64,000 nucleotides of DNA from contig CM075981.1 of the NCBI GenBank assembly GCA_038087875.1, positions 82,398,001 to 82,462,000 on the forward strand, given 5' to 3'. The position numbers and the translations under genes were made by a program. Shown in pieces: positions 43,147 to 57,065 of this stretch (the stretch's first letter is position 1; every line of letters begins with the position of its first letter). The DNA comes from Malacoraja senta. Lineage: Eukaryota. Below the pieces are notes generated by a model. That model did not search any database and was not told the DNA's origin. It was given only the letters and a program-made list of their open reading frames with translations.

Positions 43147-43395
43147 CTAAAGTTAAAAGAAATACACAATTTTAAATATGCAGTTTAATTCAGTAAATAA
43201 GTAGTGGTATGTGAACAACATGGTTAGGAGCTCAATTAAAAAACTATCAACTTTATATAAAACAGGTTACTACGTATACAATGACAGCCATGCTGACAAC
43301 TCCAATCCTTCCCTCCCATAAAGACTCAGATTTAAAAAAATTCTAAACAGTCCCTTTTAAAAAATGGAATGACTAGTTCCAAATTACATTTTCTA

Positions 43396-43650
<255 letters not shown>

Positions 43651-44042
43651 TTAGAGCTGTAAAGGAAGCAATCTTCTCGGACATTATAACATCTAGTGTT
43701 TGAAGACTAGTCAATTTTCACCGTTGAAACCCACAGCCAAAACTGGTAGATTTCATTATTATACATCCAAGGGCTCGTCATGTCAAAACATAATTACTGC
43801 CACAGATGAATCTCATTTGCTGCTACTGGCCCAACGCTTAAGAATGAGAAGCACATCAACAAATTAACTACAATTTTGTTTAAAGATGTGAGTAACATAT
43901 GAACAAGCAGGAATAGGCTCATTCTGCACTGCCAGTCTGCACCATTAACTTTGATTATCAGCAATCTCTTTGCAACCTGTATTCAATTCTGCTCAACATC
44001 GCTTATTAAAATCATCAGCCCCGCCTTAAAAAGGCCAAAGAC

Positions 44043-46135
44043 TAGCTTTGTTACAAAACCTACCATCAGCGGTGATACAGATCTGCTACTGCCTGTGTGT
44101 GATTCCAGAGGCTGGGGGGGGGGGGGGGGGGGGATTAAAATGCAGGTTTGTATTGGTTGTCAGAGAGGGATTTCCTTGGTCTGCTAACTGATGAAGAAAA
44201 ATCGTGCGGGGTTCCATTCCCGGGTTTTATTTTTGCTGGACGATTGCATCGCTGGGTTAAAGTTAAATGCGACTTCTAACGCCTTCAACATCACGGATCG
44301 CAATATCAGGACAAAACAAAAGGTATGTCAAAAATGCTGGAGAAACTCAGCGGGTGAGGCAGCAACTATAGAGCGAAGGAAATAGGCAACGTTTCGGGTC
44401 GAAACCCTTCTTCAGACTCTGAAGAAGGGTTTCGACCTGAAACATTGCCTATTTCCTTCACTACATAGATGCTGCCTCACCCGCTGAGTTTCTCCAGCAT
44501 TTTTGTCTACCTTCGATTTTCCAACATCTGCAGTTCCTTCTTAGACAAAAGGTATGTTGTTTATTTAACATATTATCGTGGTTTTTGGTGTGGCTTCATT
44601 TTAATCTTATGATGCGAAAAATGTTATTTAGGCATTTTACGAATCGGCCATGTCTTGCCTGCCGATATGGGCTTAAAATTTATGGCAACCATAACATTCC
44701 AATCGATCACATTCCAGAAACATCCACACAAGATAATCAAATTCATTATTTTTTTGCACAATCATGTCATAAGAACATCTAAATCATCTATATTTTGTGT
44801 TATTGTCTATCCATGATCAATATTTTCATACTAAATATCTACAGTACAGATTTAGTCAGATGTATTGTGCAAAAAATAATGATTTTGATTATCTTGAGAG
44901 TGGATGTTTCTGGATTAATTTCTGGGAATTAAACATTAAATTCCTTCCATTTGGCATATAAATTCATGACAAAGTGAGATTTAAAAATCATGTTATATCG
45001 TGAATTTGTGTGTGAATGGGATCAGTTTGTTATTTGTTATTTGGAACTTAGGCTATTTAAAAAATTGGCCTTTTCTTAAGAAATGGATCTAGTAATTGAA
45101 TTTAGATGAATTTAATTGATTAGATTAATTTAATTGATTTGATGAAACTGAGGAATATGAATTTTTTGTTGGGTATTTACTATTTGTTTTAGCGTTTAAC
45201 TTTATCATTTCTACTTTTTTTCTAAAACTGCAAATAACTTGTTTCTGTTAATGCTGTTCAGTGGTTTTTTTTCCTTTACATTTTAAACAGATGTCTCCAA
45301 AAAAGAAATGCAAAATTGTCAATCAAAACGCCCAGCAAAACAGACCGATTTAGACAACATTTGCAGAAATTATACGAATTTGGACTACTCCAAGTGTGAT
45401 GATCTACAGGACATTCTTAATGGGAAAGTAGTGGGCAGAAAGGCATGTCATGCGTGGTTTGAAGAGCAAAAACTTGTAGTTTACAATGTCAAAATTGAAA
45501 AGTTGAGGAAAAACAAGGTGTAGAGTTGCTTATTGGTTACAATCTGAGGAGTATGATGATGCCACTGATTATGATATGCCAATGTACCAGCTAGCAAATG
45601 ATCTTTTCCATGAAGACTTGGTCTTTTGCTAGAAATTGTAATTTATTTACCTGTCTGTAACGGACTTACAGCATATAATACAATAATATTAAAGTTCTGA
45701 TCTTGAGAATATCACATTTTTGAATTTTCAAGGCAGTCTCGGTGTTTATTACTATTTCCGTCAAAACGGTCAATTTGTAATCAGCTATAATTAGGTAACT
45801 AACTAATTATATGCTTTAATTTCAAGTCATCCAAGTAAGATGTTTCATATTTGTTTCAGAATGCTTCGATCTATAACTGAAACTTTCATTCAATTCTCTT
45901 AATGTTTAAGAAAGTTATGGGCTTTTGACTGTCCCCGATCACCGCTTTTGTGTTAAGTCAATGGAAAAGCAGTAGGGAACAAGATGCTAATTTCCGAGTA
46001 TGAAAATGACCATAACTTTAATACTGAAGATATTAAAGTGAATTAGGTATCAAATTAAAGTTCTTTTTATGCTTTATCTGATGGGATAAATTACAGGCTT
46101 GATTTTTAAAAATCTCAAAATGTTGTAAATTCCTA
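44043..46135 (+). mobile_element. Longer member of the 7-bp-TSD (hATw-like) family with a relic terminal coding exon (about 45291-45632)
   Basis: TSD caaagac at 44036-44042 and 46136-46142; last ~350 bp closely match the end of 18665-19706; tttaaacag acceptor before ORF 45308..45523. Confidence 0.8.
44329..44544. mobile_element. Palindromic Penelope mini element with back-to-back hammerhead cores; 13-bp TSD
   Basis: TSD acaaaaggtatgt at 44316-44328 and 44545-44557; about 87-bp arms. Confidence 0.8.
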
Positions 46136-46224
46136 CAAAGACTCTGTTCTACCGCTCTTTGATAAAGAGCTGCAAAAATTTGATTTTCAGAAAATTTCAG
46201 CTCACATTTAACTTTTAATTTTTA

Positions 46225-46510
46225 GTTTTCAAGAGATACAATGTGGAAGACAGCCCTTTGGCCCAACGAGTCCAGGCCCACCAATGATCACCATTCACTA
46301 TTTCAGTATAGGACAAGTTGCTGACGTCAATTAATCTACAAAAGTATACGTCTTTGGAATGCAAGAAGAAACTGGAGCACCCGGAGAAAACCCTCACGGT
46401 CACAGTGAGAATGCACTAACTCTGTATAGATAACGCCTGGAATCAGGATTGAACCCGGGTCTCTGGCATTATAAGGCAGCAACTGTACGGCTGTAGTGCT
46501 GTGCTGCCCT
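46225..46510 (-). mobile_element. HE1/V-SINE
   Basis: Minus-strand B-box ggttcaatcc, V-domain and CR1-like tail. Confidence 0.7.
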
Positions 46511-47164
46511 ATTGATATGGATGATCTCTTATTTTTAAACTAGTCTCTGGGTTTAAGATTCTTCTAAACAAGGAAACATGTTCCTCACATCCTCCCAGTC
46601 AATACCCCTCTGGAACATGTAGATTTCAGTTTAATCTACTCTTCTGAACTCCAGTGGATACAAGACTAGCTTGCACAGTCTTTTGTCAATCTTGTCTGAA
46701 ACGGTGGCAACGGTTTTTCCAAAATAAAAGTACCAAAATTATGTACAGTGCTCCAGAAGAGATATATGTGAGGTATAACCACTCTACTTATGCATTCAAT
46801 TCCATGAATAAATGGAAATTTGGGTTTGTAATTCCATGCTGTACATCCATAATAGCCTTTTGCAAATCATACATTAGAATACCCAGATCCCCCTGCAACT
46901 CAGAGCTATATAACCTCTTCACATTTAAATAGCTTCTTTTTTCCCCAACAGAGTGGACATTTTCACACATTCCTGCATTAAATTACATTTGTAGGATCTC
47001 TAAACTACCATTTAAACCAAAATTGTTTCTTTGAACTGTCCAAGAAAATTGTGGGATTCATGTCAGACGGCTGTGCAGGCCGTCAGAGGATATTTTTACC
47101 GTGGAGATTGACAGATTCTTGATTAGTATGGGTGTCGGGGGTTATGGGGCGAAGGCAGGAGAAT

Positions 47165-48031
47165 ACAAGATACATTTATTTGTCACATGTGCCAGTTGGC
47201 ACAGTGAAATGTGTGGTCACCATACAGCCATACAATAAAAATAAAGAACACAACACACAATAGAGTTCAACATAAAACATCCCCACACAGCAGAATCAAA
47301 GTTAGCCACTGTGAGGGAAGGCACCAAAGTCAGTCATCTTCCTCAAATGTTCCCCAATGTTCACCCGTGGTCGGGCCTCCCCGAGCCCACCGCAATCGCC
47401 GCTACGGGCGGCCCGATGTTCAGGCCCGCTCGCCGGGGTGATGTAAGTCCGACGTCGGGGCTGGGGGACCTCAGCGGCCTGGACATCAGAGTCGGCCACC
47501 TCCTACCGGAGTCCGCGGCTCCCAAAGTCCGCAGGCCATGCTGGGCGTAGATTCAACGCTGGCGGCCCTCGGTAAAGGGCCCCAGGACTCCGCGATGTTG
47601 TTCAGCACCGGCCGCGTTGGAATCTCTCCCAAACCGCAGCTCCACGATGTTGGAGCAGCGGCCCAACGCTCCGGAGCTCCAAACGGCGATCCAGGTCGGC
47701 ATCGCCCGCTCCGCGGTGAATTCAGCGCTGCGCCGCCGCTGTTGCAGCTCTGGTCCGGTTCCCGGCCCCCGGCAGGAAAGGCCGCTCCGATCCAGGTGGT
47801 AGGCCGCGAGGAGGGGGGCGAGGACGCGACTTGGAGAAATAGTCGCGTCCCCGCCAGGAAGCGACTGGGAAACAGTTTCCCCCTTACCCTCCCCCCCTCC
47901 CCCACATAGAAAAGTTAAAGTTTCCCCCAAAACAAACAGTAAACTAACTAAAAAATAAAAAAAAGATTGAAAAGACAAACAGGCTGTAGGCAGTGGCTGC
48001 CGTCAATCCGGCGCCCCTGGTGAACCTATAG
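47165..48031 (-). mobile_element. GC-rich non-coding retroposon with a gtgacaaataaa + short-repeat tail, inserted in a CR1 3' end
   Basis: CR1 text aggcaggagaat|...|gaatgggattgag resumes after it; architecture shared with 55870-56702. Confidence 0.6.
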
Positions 48032-48641
48032 TGAATGGGATTGAGAGGGATAAATCAGCCATGATTGAATGGCAGAGACTTGATTGGACAAATGGCCTAA
48101 TTCTGCTTCTAGAACGTATAAACTCCAGGATACCAAAATGGCATCCATGCAGCCCCGCAACACCAATTACCATAATGCAGCTTATTTAATCTGGTTAGTT
48201 AAGGTCAGAGTTGTCATAATGATACCTTCCAGATTTTAGCAGTTTTTTCTGTAAAGCCACACTAAGAGTGTAATAATAACAGTAGTGTTATTACCATTTC
48301 CCATGTAACTGTTGTACAAATTCCCAGACACTGAATTATATGGACAAGTAATTATATACAAGCGTTCAAATATCTGAAATTATGGAAAGACTCTTTTCCA
48401 CGTCCTTAACTATGATAATAATCCGCAGTTTCAAAGGTCAATAGAAAATTATCCATTACATTATTGTTATTAATATATTAGGATATAGATCATTGGTTAT
48501 TTCAACCAAAATGTTTGAACCAGATATGTAGATAGAGCAGAAGCAATGAGAAAAGCATATATAGTGCCCTGTAGCACATCCCTTTTTTTACTTGAATATA
48601 AACCTCATTTTCACACCTCTTACATTTCTATAAGTCTGTTA

Positions 48642-48767
<126 letters not shown>

Positions 48768-48908
48768 TTAAGTTATCTTAATGCTGTTAGTATAAATACA
48801 TAAAGTGAAATGAAATCTAATTGATTAGCTTGTTCTGAATTACAAATTTTAAGTTATTCAAGTGCTGCTTTTTATCTTGTCAATGTCACCTTGATAAGCT
48901 GTCCATTA

Positions 48909-49070
<162 letters not shown>

Positions 49071-49134
49071 TCATTATTAATTTGTAGCTAAAAATCCCAG
49101 AACATATAAATGTCATTTACTTCATTATTCTTAC

Positions 49135-49260
49135 CCTAAAGTTTGTACTAAATATATGTGGATAACAACGAGCCACCAACAAAATACATTTCACACACTG
49201 GCACAGTAGCTCCGGAGTGTCTACGTTTTCCAATACGGTCTGTAGGCTGATCATCACCAG
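49135..49260 (-). CDS. smg1: SMG1 exon (LVMISLQTVLENVDTPELL...FSTNFR)
   Basis: 126 nt, AG/GT flanks, SMG1 peptide. Confidence 0.95.
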
Positions 49261-49582
49261 CTAGGAAAAATAAGATTTAGTACCAACAAAATAAATGCTA
49301 TTTTATTGCAATTGTACATTTGAAGCTAAAGATATGTTTGCATTTCCCATGCTTTTTTGAAATTCTAAAGTACATTACGTTCTCAATGATTACACACAAT
49401 ATTTTGAAAAATTAAATTGTAACAAGTGCTGTTTAAACAAATGTTCCCCTAATTTTCCCCAAATCATATCATAAACAAAGATAGTATATGATCACAAGAT
49501 AGTTTCTACAAATAATTAAAATGAATGTGAACCAAGACATTTAGCATTCCTTATGAATTAAATTTTAAAATTAAAGACTAAC

Positions 49583-49795
49583 CTGCATTACAGATGAAAA
49601 TGCCTTCTTTTCTCCTGCGGTTTCCAGTGCTTTGTAGGTAGCACACAAGTATAGAAGTTTTACCTCATCTTTGGTGGAAGAGCTAAACTTGCTAAAAATC
49701 CACTTAAAGATCTTCTCAGCTTCTAACTTAAAGATACACACAGCAAGCCAAGACAACTAGCTCCTTCTTGTCGCAGTTCGTGGAGTAGCTTACTA
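49583..49795 (-). CDS. smg1: SMG1 exon (SKLLHELRQEG...KAFSSVMQ) with an apparent 1-nt deletion at 49723/49724
   Basis: Acceptor ctaacag, donor CAG|gttag; 213 nt where a phase 2 to phase 0 exon needs 3n+1. Confidence 0.9.
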
Positions 49796-50306
49796 CTGTT
49801 AGAGACAAATTCAATAATATAAATAACTGCATAGAAATTAATAAATCAAAGACATTGGAGAATTAGAGCTAACCACAGAAGATTGTTTTAAAAACATATA
49901 CAAGGGAAATTAGATACCAGAAATTTCTATAATTTGTCCAAGATGGGGAATTAACCAGATTTTTATGGTAAGACATGCACAAAAGCAACTATGCTCATGA
50001 ATCCTTTTGCACTTTCCAAAACGGGAAATAAACATGAAACCTTTGAGAATTTTGTTGCAGCCATATTTAAAAAAATGTTTTAAAAAATTGTTTCTAAACA
50101 TTATAAATACCTAATTGGACCTTACACAATGGCCTTTGTCCAAGGATGATACATTCCATCACTCTTTAATCCTTTTTGTAGAACAGTACCCTGGTCTAAT
50201 AAAGCAACATGTCAAAGAATTTTCCAAGTGAGGTCCCATCCATTATACCTCAAAAAACACCTGAATACTTTTGTTAGAGAACCAATAAACAGTCATCACT
50301 GATTGT

Positions 50307-50526
50307 AGACACAAAATGCTGGAGTAACCCAGCGGGTCAGGCAGCATCTCTGGAGAGAAGGAATGGGTGACGTTTCGGGCAAAACCCTTCTTCAGACTGA
50401 TGTCTGATCAGTCTGAAGAAGGGTCTCGACCCAAAACGTCACACATTCCTTCTCTTCAGAGATGCTGCCTGACCCGCTGAGTTACTCCAGCATTTTGTGT
50501 CCACCTTCGATTTAAACCGCACATCT
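50307..50526. mobile_element. Palindromic Penelope mini element; 16-bp TSD
   Basis: TSD agtcatcactgattgt at 50291-50306 and 50527-50542. Confidence 0.82.
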
Positions 50527-51084
50527 AGTCATCACTGATTGTTTGCTCTCCCAATTTCAGATGCTATGCTGGGAAGCAATACAGGATTAGAAAAGAAAAA
50601 TAGTAACTCAATTGATCAGTTAAAATATTGGGAGTGCAGTGTTTTGCATTAGTTAAAAATTAATATTTGCACTTCTTTCATTGCAGTCTACTCACATCAC
50701 CGCACATAACCTGCACCAAACAGCAAGCTGTGGGGACCCAAACATCCACCCAATAAAAATTAATAATCTTTAAAATGAATTCTAGGATAACATTTAATAC
50801 AAGTTGAAAGTGGCATATGGCATGCTTGCCTTCATAGGTCAGGACATAAAACATAAAGGTTGGGACATTATGTAAAGCACTGGTAAGGCAATGTGCGCAA
50901 TTCTGGTCACGACATGATAGGCTGGATGTGATTGGGCTGAAGAGAATACAGAGGAGATTGGCCCAGGTAGTGCCTGAATTGGAGAAATGTATTAATAGGG
51001 AGAAATTTTGATAATCCAGGCTACTTTTCCCAGGAGCGAAGGCAATGGAGTGAAATTAAGAGGCATTAATATTGGTATATTATT

Positions 51085-52268
51085 GCCGCGTGCACCTCCT
51101 TCAACCTCATCCACTGTATCTGTTATTCAAGATGTGGACTCTCATACAGCAGCGAGTCCAAACATAGACTGGGCAATCGTTTCGCTGAACACCTTCGCTC
51201 ACCTTGAACCTACCTGATCTCCCGTTGCTAAACACTTTAATTCTCCTTCCCATTCAAATACTGACCTTTCTGTCCTAGGTCTCCTCCATTATCAGAGTGA
51301 GGTTAAATGCAAATTGAAGAAACAGCATCTCATATTTCGCATGGGCAGCTTACAGCCCAGGTGTATGAATTTTAATTTCTCTAACTTCATGTAACCCTGG
51401 AATTCCGTTTCTCTCTATCCCTCCCCCATCCGTCGCACTAGCTGCTCGTTTACACCCCACAAACAGCTAACACAAAACTAGGTGCGAAAAAAAGTTTAAT
51501 TACCACTGGAGTTGGAAAATCATTTGATTAGAATGATAAAAAACCTTTCCAATGTCTAAACACTGGGCTTCACCCCCATCCTACCCTTTCAGGCTTTGAT
51601 TACTGCAGTTTTTATCTTGGAAAACTCTAAAAACCATGGAGTATGTGATTTAATATATTAGTATCCAACTAACATAACTTTCTATAAATCTCCCCGACGA
51701 AAGCTCACAATACCACCAAATATCAATTTTGGTAGCTAAACTGCTGCACGAAGTAAAGTTACAGTTCAACAGTTGCCTACGGCAATACTCCAGTGTTGCC
51801 ATTTATAAATTTATGATCCCACTAGCTCATCTGGTCTTCCTTAAAAGGTTATATTACAGTAAATTTGGGAAATATCCTGCTACTTTGAAATTAGAAAACC
51901 ATAAGTAGAGAGAAAAAAACATATCAAATTTCCAGCTCCACTGCCATTAAAACCAATAAGAGCTTACTAACCACTTTAATGGCAATGCCTTTTTTAAGTA
52001 TAGGAAAAAAAAAATCTGAATAAATTAAGTCATTCACCCTTCATTCACCCCTCTAGTTTCATTCACCCCCAAAAAATGTAATTCGCCCTTGGGTGAACCA
52101 TTCACCAGTTTAAGAAGCACTGTTCTACATCATCCTCTATATATTTCTCGTTTCCTTTATCCCTAACTAATCCGAAGAAGGGTCTCGACCAGAATCGTCA
52201 TCCATTCCTTCTCTCCAGAGATGCTGCCTGTTCTGCTGAGTTACTCCAGCTTTTTGTGTCTATCTGCA
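51085..52268 (+). mobile_element. Penelope 3' fragment interrupted by a partial hAT MITE (51476-52122)
   Basis: NLIHCICYSRCGLSY GIY-YIG relic; pseudo-LTR near 52165-52268; MITE end agtttaagaagcactg. Confidence 0.7.
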
Positions 52269-52466
52269 GAATATAGCGTTACAGCTACAGAAAAAGTACA
52301 GATAGAAATAGTACAAGGGCCAAAATAAGGTAGATTGGAAGATCAGGAGTTCATCATTAGAGGTCAGTTCAAGAGTCTAATAATAGCCAGAAAGAAACTG
52401 TTCTTGGGTCTGGTAGCACATGCTCTTAGGCTCTAAAACATCAGTAGGCATGGAATTATAATGTGC

Positions 52467-52666
52467 NNNNNNNNNNNNNNNNNNNNNNNNNNNNNNNNNN
52501 NNNNNNNNNNNNNNNNNNNNNNNNNNNNNNNNNNNNNNNNNNNNNNNNNNNNNNNNNNNNNNNNNNNNNNNNNNNNNNNNNNNNNNNNNNNNNNNNNNNN
52601 NNNNNNNNNNNNNNNNNNNNNNNNNNNNNNNNNNNNNNNNNNNNNNNNNNNNNNNNNNNNNNNNNN
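52467..52666. other. Assembly gap (200 N)
   Basis: Run of N. Confidence 1.
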
Positions 52667-52797
52667 TTGATGCAGTATTGATGCAGTATTGGCCTGAGCA
52701 GCAAGTTGATGCAGTATTGGTGCAGTATTGGTGCAGTATTGGCCCGAACACCCAAGTTTGTGCAGTATTGATGCAGTATTGGCCCGAACACCCAAGT
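52667..52797. repeat. Minisatellite with an 11-bp unit TGCAGTATTGR and a higher-order spacer
   Basis: At least 7 units abutting the gap. Confidence 0.85.
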
Positions 52798-52882
52798 TAG
52801 TTCTGCGCTCCTGCTCTGTGCTGCAGTTTTGGATATTTATGTGCAGAAAGGAATATTTATGTGCTGGACTTTTATTAAAACA

Positions 52883-54120
52883 CTAGACTAAGTGGGACCC
52901 GTTGAGTCCCAGTTACACGGGAGGCCTGGTCCCCCAACGCAACCCATTCCCCAACGCAATATTCCACCACTCACCCATTCCCACAACGCAACCCGTTCCC
53001 CCAACTCAATATTCCACCACACACCTATAGCCCCTAACTGCCAAGCGCGGCTCATTTCCCCTCATTCCCCAGCACTCCCTCCCCCTCCTCTTCATGTGTG
53101 GGAGGGGAGGAGGGGATGGAAGGGGGGGTGCGGCGGGTGGAGGGGAGGGGGTGTGTGTAGGTGGGGTGGTGTAGGAGGGGGGAGAGGGTGTGGGGTAAAG
53201 GGGATGTGTGGGCGGGGGGTATGGGGAAGGGGGGGTGTGGCGAGGGGTGTGTGGGGTAGGAGGGAGATGTGTATGTGGGTGGGTTGGGCGTGGGGGGGGG
53301 AGGAGGGATGCGGGGGGGGGCTGTGGGGGAGGGGGGTCGTGGGGAGGGTGGGTGTGTGAGCGAGGGGGGGTTGTGGGGGGAGGGGTGTGTGGGCAGGGGG
53401 GTGTGGGCAGGGGGGTGTGTGGGCGGGGGTGGTGGTTGTGGGGGCGGGGGGGGTGTCGGGGGGTGTTGTGTGAGGGAGGGGTGTGGGGGCGGGGGGGTGT
53501 GGGGGGAAGGGTGGTGTGTGGGAAGGGGGAGTTGTGGGGTTGGGGGGTGTTTGTGGGGGAGGGGGGTGTGGGTGGGGTTGGTTTGTGGGGGGAGGGGTGT
53601 GTGGGCAGGGTGGGTTGTGGGGGGGAGGGGGGTGTGGGTGGGGGGAGGGGGAGAGAGCTCAGATAAAAAACGGGTGAAGAGCCATGGTGGAAGAGGGGGC
53701 ATCACGGGGATGGGTGCAGGAGCCAGCAAGGGGACCAGAGGGGAATGGGCTGGAGCTTGTGGTGCGATGGGGACTCACAGCGGGCACTGGTCATTTTCCG
53801 CCAGGATCAGAGTCTCTGCTTTCCCGTTTGGTGACATCTCCATCTCCGACTCCGCGCCGCGCCGGGCCGCTTCCGATTGGTGTTGTGTCCGGTTGGAGAC
53901 TTCCGCCGGCCATCCAGAGCGCCCCTCAGCTCCAGTAAAGACGCGGTGGCGCAGGAAGGGGCGGACCGTGACAGGAGAAGTAACTAATCCGCGCGGCGCT
54001 GACCTGGCAGGAGAGAGATCAATCTGCGCACGCTCGTTTAAAAAAAAATTTAAACATCGCTAACTTTTACAATATGCCACCGATCGGAACAAAACTTGTT
54101 GCACTCGCAGCATAGGGGAA
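52883..54120 (-). mobile_element. Non-autonomous Helitron-like element with an internal G-rich (GGGGG/GTGT) array at 53095-53655
   Basis: Minus-strand hairpin gggactcaacgggtccc then CTAG|T; related to 34260-34490. Confidence 0.6.
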
Positions 54121-54124
54121 GGGT

Positions 54125-57065
54125 GAGTGATAGGCAGCTGGGATCAAGTGTGTCCCTGGAGAAGTTTTGGGAACTAAGGAGCAAAGTAAAAAAGGAAATC
54201 AGAAGGCAGAAATGGGCCAGGAGAGCTCTGGCAGATAGCAATAAGGGCAATCCCAAGAGATTTTATAACTACATAATGGGTAAAGGGTAACTAGAGCGAG
54301 AGTGGGACCTCACAGGAATCAAAGTGCTCAACTCTGAGTGTGGAGCCACCGGAGATGGGCAAGGTCCTTAATGAGTATTTTTCCTCTGTCTTTACCGAGG
54401 AGAAAGACCGGAGGCAGGAGGAACTTGGGGCAGTCCATGGAAGTTCCAGTTTTGTTCAGTTTAGTTTATTGTCAAGTGTCTTGAGAGCAATCAGTGTTAC
54501 GGTCAAAGAGGTGCTGAAGGTACTATCGTGTATGAAGGTAGACAAATCGCCAGGGCCTGATCAGATATATCTGAGGACATTGTGGGAAACCAGAGAGGAA
54601 ATTGTGGGAGCCCTGATTGAAATTCACGAGTCGTCTTTAAATACAGGAGAGGTGCCGGAAGACTGGAGAGTGGCAAATGTTGTGCCTCTATTCAAGAAGG
54701 GCTGCAGGGAAAATGCTGGGAACTATAGGCCGGTGAGCTTAACATCTGTAGTTGGTAAGTTACTGGAGAGTATTCTGAGGGATAGGTTATACAGGCATTT
54801 AGATGGGCAGGGGCTGATTAGGGATAGTCAGCATGGTTTTGTACGTGGGAGGTCGCGTCACACTAATCTGATTGAGTTTTTTGAAGACGTGATCAAAAAG
54901 GTTGATGAGGACAGAACTGTAAATGTTGTATACATGGACTTCAGCAAAGCATTTGACATCGTACCACATGGTAGGCTGCTCTGGAAAGTGAAATCGCATG
55001 GGATCCAAGGAGAGATAGCTGAGTGGATAAAAAATTGGCTTCATGGAAGGAAGCAGAGGGTGATGGTAGAAGTTTCCTTCTCGGACTGGAGGCCTGTGAT
55101 TAGTTGTGTGCCTCAGGGTTCGGTGCTGGGCCCGTTACTGTTTGTCATCTACTGTATATCAATGAATTGCATGAGAACATACACGGCAGGATTAGCAAGT
55201 TTCCAGATGATACAAAAGTGGGTGGTTTAGCAGATAGTGAAAAGGATTGTGAAAAATTGCAGCAGGATCTTGATCGATTGGCCAGGTGGGTTGAGGAAAG
55301 GTTGATGGAGTTTAATACAGTGAAATGTCAGGTATTGCATTTTGAGGAGTCTAACGGGCCTACACAGTGGATGGTAGGGTTCTGGGAAGTGTTGTAGAGC
55401 AGAGGAATCTAGGAGTACAGGTGCTTGGTTCCTTGAAGGTGGAGTTGCACGTAGATAGGGTGGTCAAAAAGGCTTTTGGCACATTGGACTTCATCCGTCA
55501 GAGTATCGAGTATAAAAGTTGGGAGGTCATGTTGCAGTTGTATAAGACGTTGGTGAGGAGGCATTTAGAGTATTGTGTGAAGTTCAGGGCACCATGTTAT
55601 AGGAAAGATGGTGTCAAGCTGGAAATGGTACAGAGATTTACGAGGATGTTGCCACAAAGACTATATCCAGGGGGCGCTGACTTGTGTGTAGCTATATTTA
55701 AGAGGGAATTAGATGTGGCCCTTGTGGCTAAAGGGATCAGGGGGTATGGAGAGAAGGCAGGTACGGGATACTGAGTTGGATGATCAGCCATGATCGTATT
55801 GAATGGCGGTGCAGGCTCGAAGGGCCGAATGGCCTACTCCTGCACCTAATTTCTATGTATCTATGTATGTGGCTGCCCAGCCAGCAGCTGTCTGTCCTTT
55901 CATCTTTTATTTTTTTATTTTAGTTAGTTAAGTGGTTTGTTGGAGGTCTAGACTTTTTTGTGTGGGGGGGGAAGGGGGAAACTACCTTTCAGCGTCCCTA
56001 CCTGGCCGGAGAGGCAGCTCTTCTCCGGGCTGCAGCTTCGACCCGTCCTCGCGGCTACCAGCGGGCCTGGAGCGGCGTTTCCTGTCGGGGACTGCCCAGA
56101 ACCTCGGCTTTAGCAGCGGCACAGCGCTGGAGCGCTATCGCGGAGCGGGCGATGCCTTGCCCGGGTCTCCGCACTGGAGCTCCGGTGAGCTGAGGATCGC
56201 TGGGAAAACATCGCGGAGCTGCGGAACTGTGGAGCGACCAGCTGTGGGCGGCGGCGCTGAACTTGACACCGGGAGCCTGGGATCTCTAGATGAGATTGCC
56301 AGTTGTGGAGCTCCAACCGGCGCGGCCTTGTTGGCTTCGGAAGCCGCGGCCCCCAGTGCAGAAACGGCCGTTCCAGGGTTCCCAAGCCGCTGGGAGGACT
56401 CTCCCGACGCCGGAGGAACATCACCCGGCTGGAACGGCCTGGAACATCGGGCCTCCGTGGAGGCAACTGTGGAGGCCTCAATGGGCCCGACTATGGGTGA
56501 ACTGGGGTTGGGGACTGGACTTTGTGCCTTCCCTCATGGTGGGAGCCATTGTGGGGGGATGTTTAGTGTTAAGACTATCTTGGTGTGATGTCTGTATTCT
56601 TCTCTTTTTTTTGTGTTGCATAATGGCAAAAAGCATTTCACTTCACTACACCTGGGTGTATGTGAATGTGACAAATAAAAACTACCTTGACCTTGACCTT
56701 GAACAGGAGGGTCTGAGCTATAAGGAGAGGTTGAGAGGGCTGGGACTCTATTCCTTGCAGCGCAGGAGGATGAGGGGTGATCTTATAGAGGTGTATAAAA
56801 TCATGAGAGGAATAGATCGGGTAGATGCACAGAATCTCTTGCCTAGCGTAGGGGAATCGAGGACCAGCTGCCAGAGGTAGTTGAGGCTACATGGATAGGA
56901 CAAGTTTGGAGGGATATGAACCAAGCGCAGGTAGGGACTAGTGTACCTGGGACATGTTGGCCGGTGCGGGCAAGTTGGGAAGAAGGGCCTGTTTCTACAC
57001 TGTATCACTCTATGACTCTATGAAGGGCCTGTTTCTATACTGTATCACATTGTGACCATGACTAT
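54125..57065 (+). mobile_element. CR1 LINE ORF2 fragment with nested insertions (54445-54477, 55690-55868 HER1 tail, 55870-56702)
   Basis: KSPGPD, NYRPVSLTS, YMDFSKAFD and PQGSVLGP motifs; resumes LSYKERL after 56702. Confidence 0.9.
55870..56702 (+). mobile_element. GC-rich non-coding retroposon with a gtgacaaataaa-(ccttga)n tail
   Basis: Architecture parallels 47165-48031. Confidence 0.6.

Noticed and set aside
52377-52795. ORFs spanning the N run
   Set aside because: Artefacts of the gap and the adjacent minisatellite
52667-52797. CRISPR-like repeat/spacer appearance
   Set aside because: 11-bp tandem units, repeated spacers, no cas genes, vertebrate intron
52892-54063. Long Gly-rich and Pro-rich ORFs
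   Set aside because: Stop-free only because of G-rich low complexity; no domain or splice support
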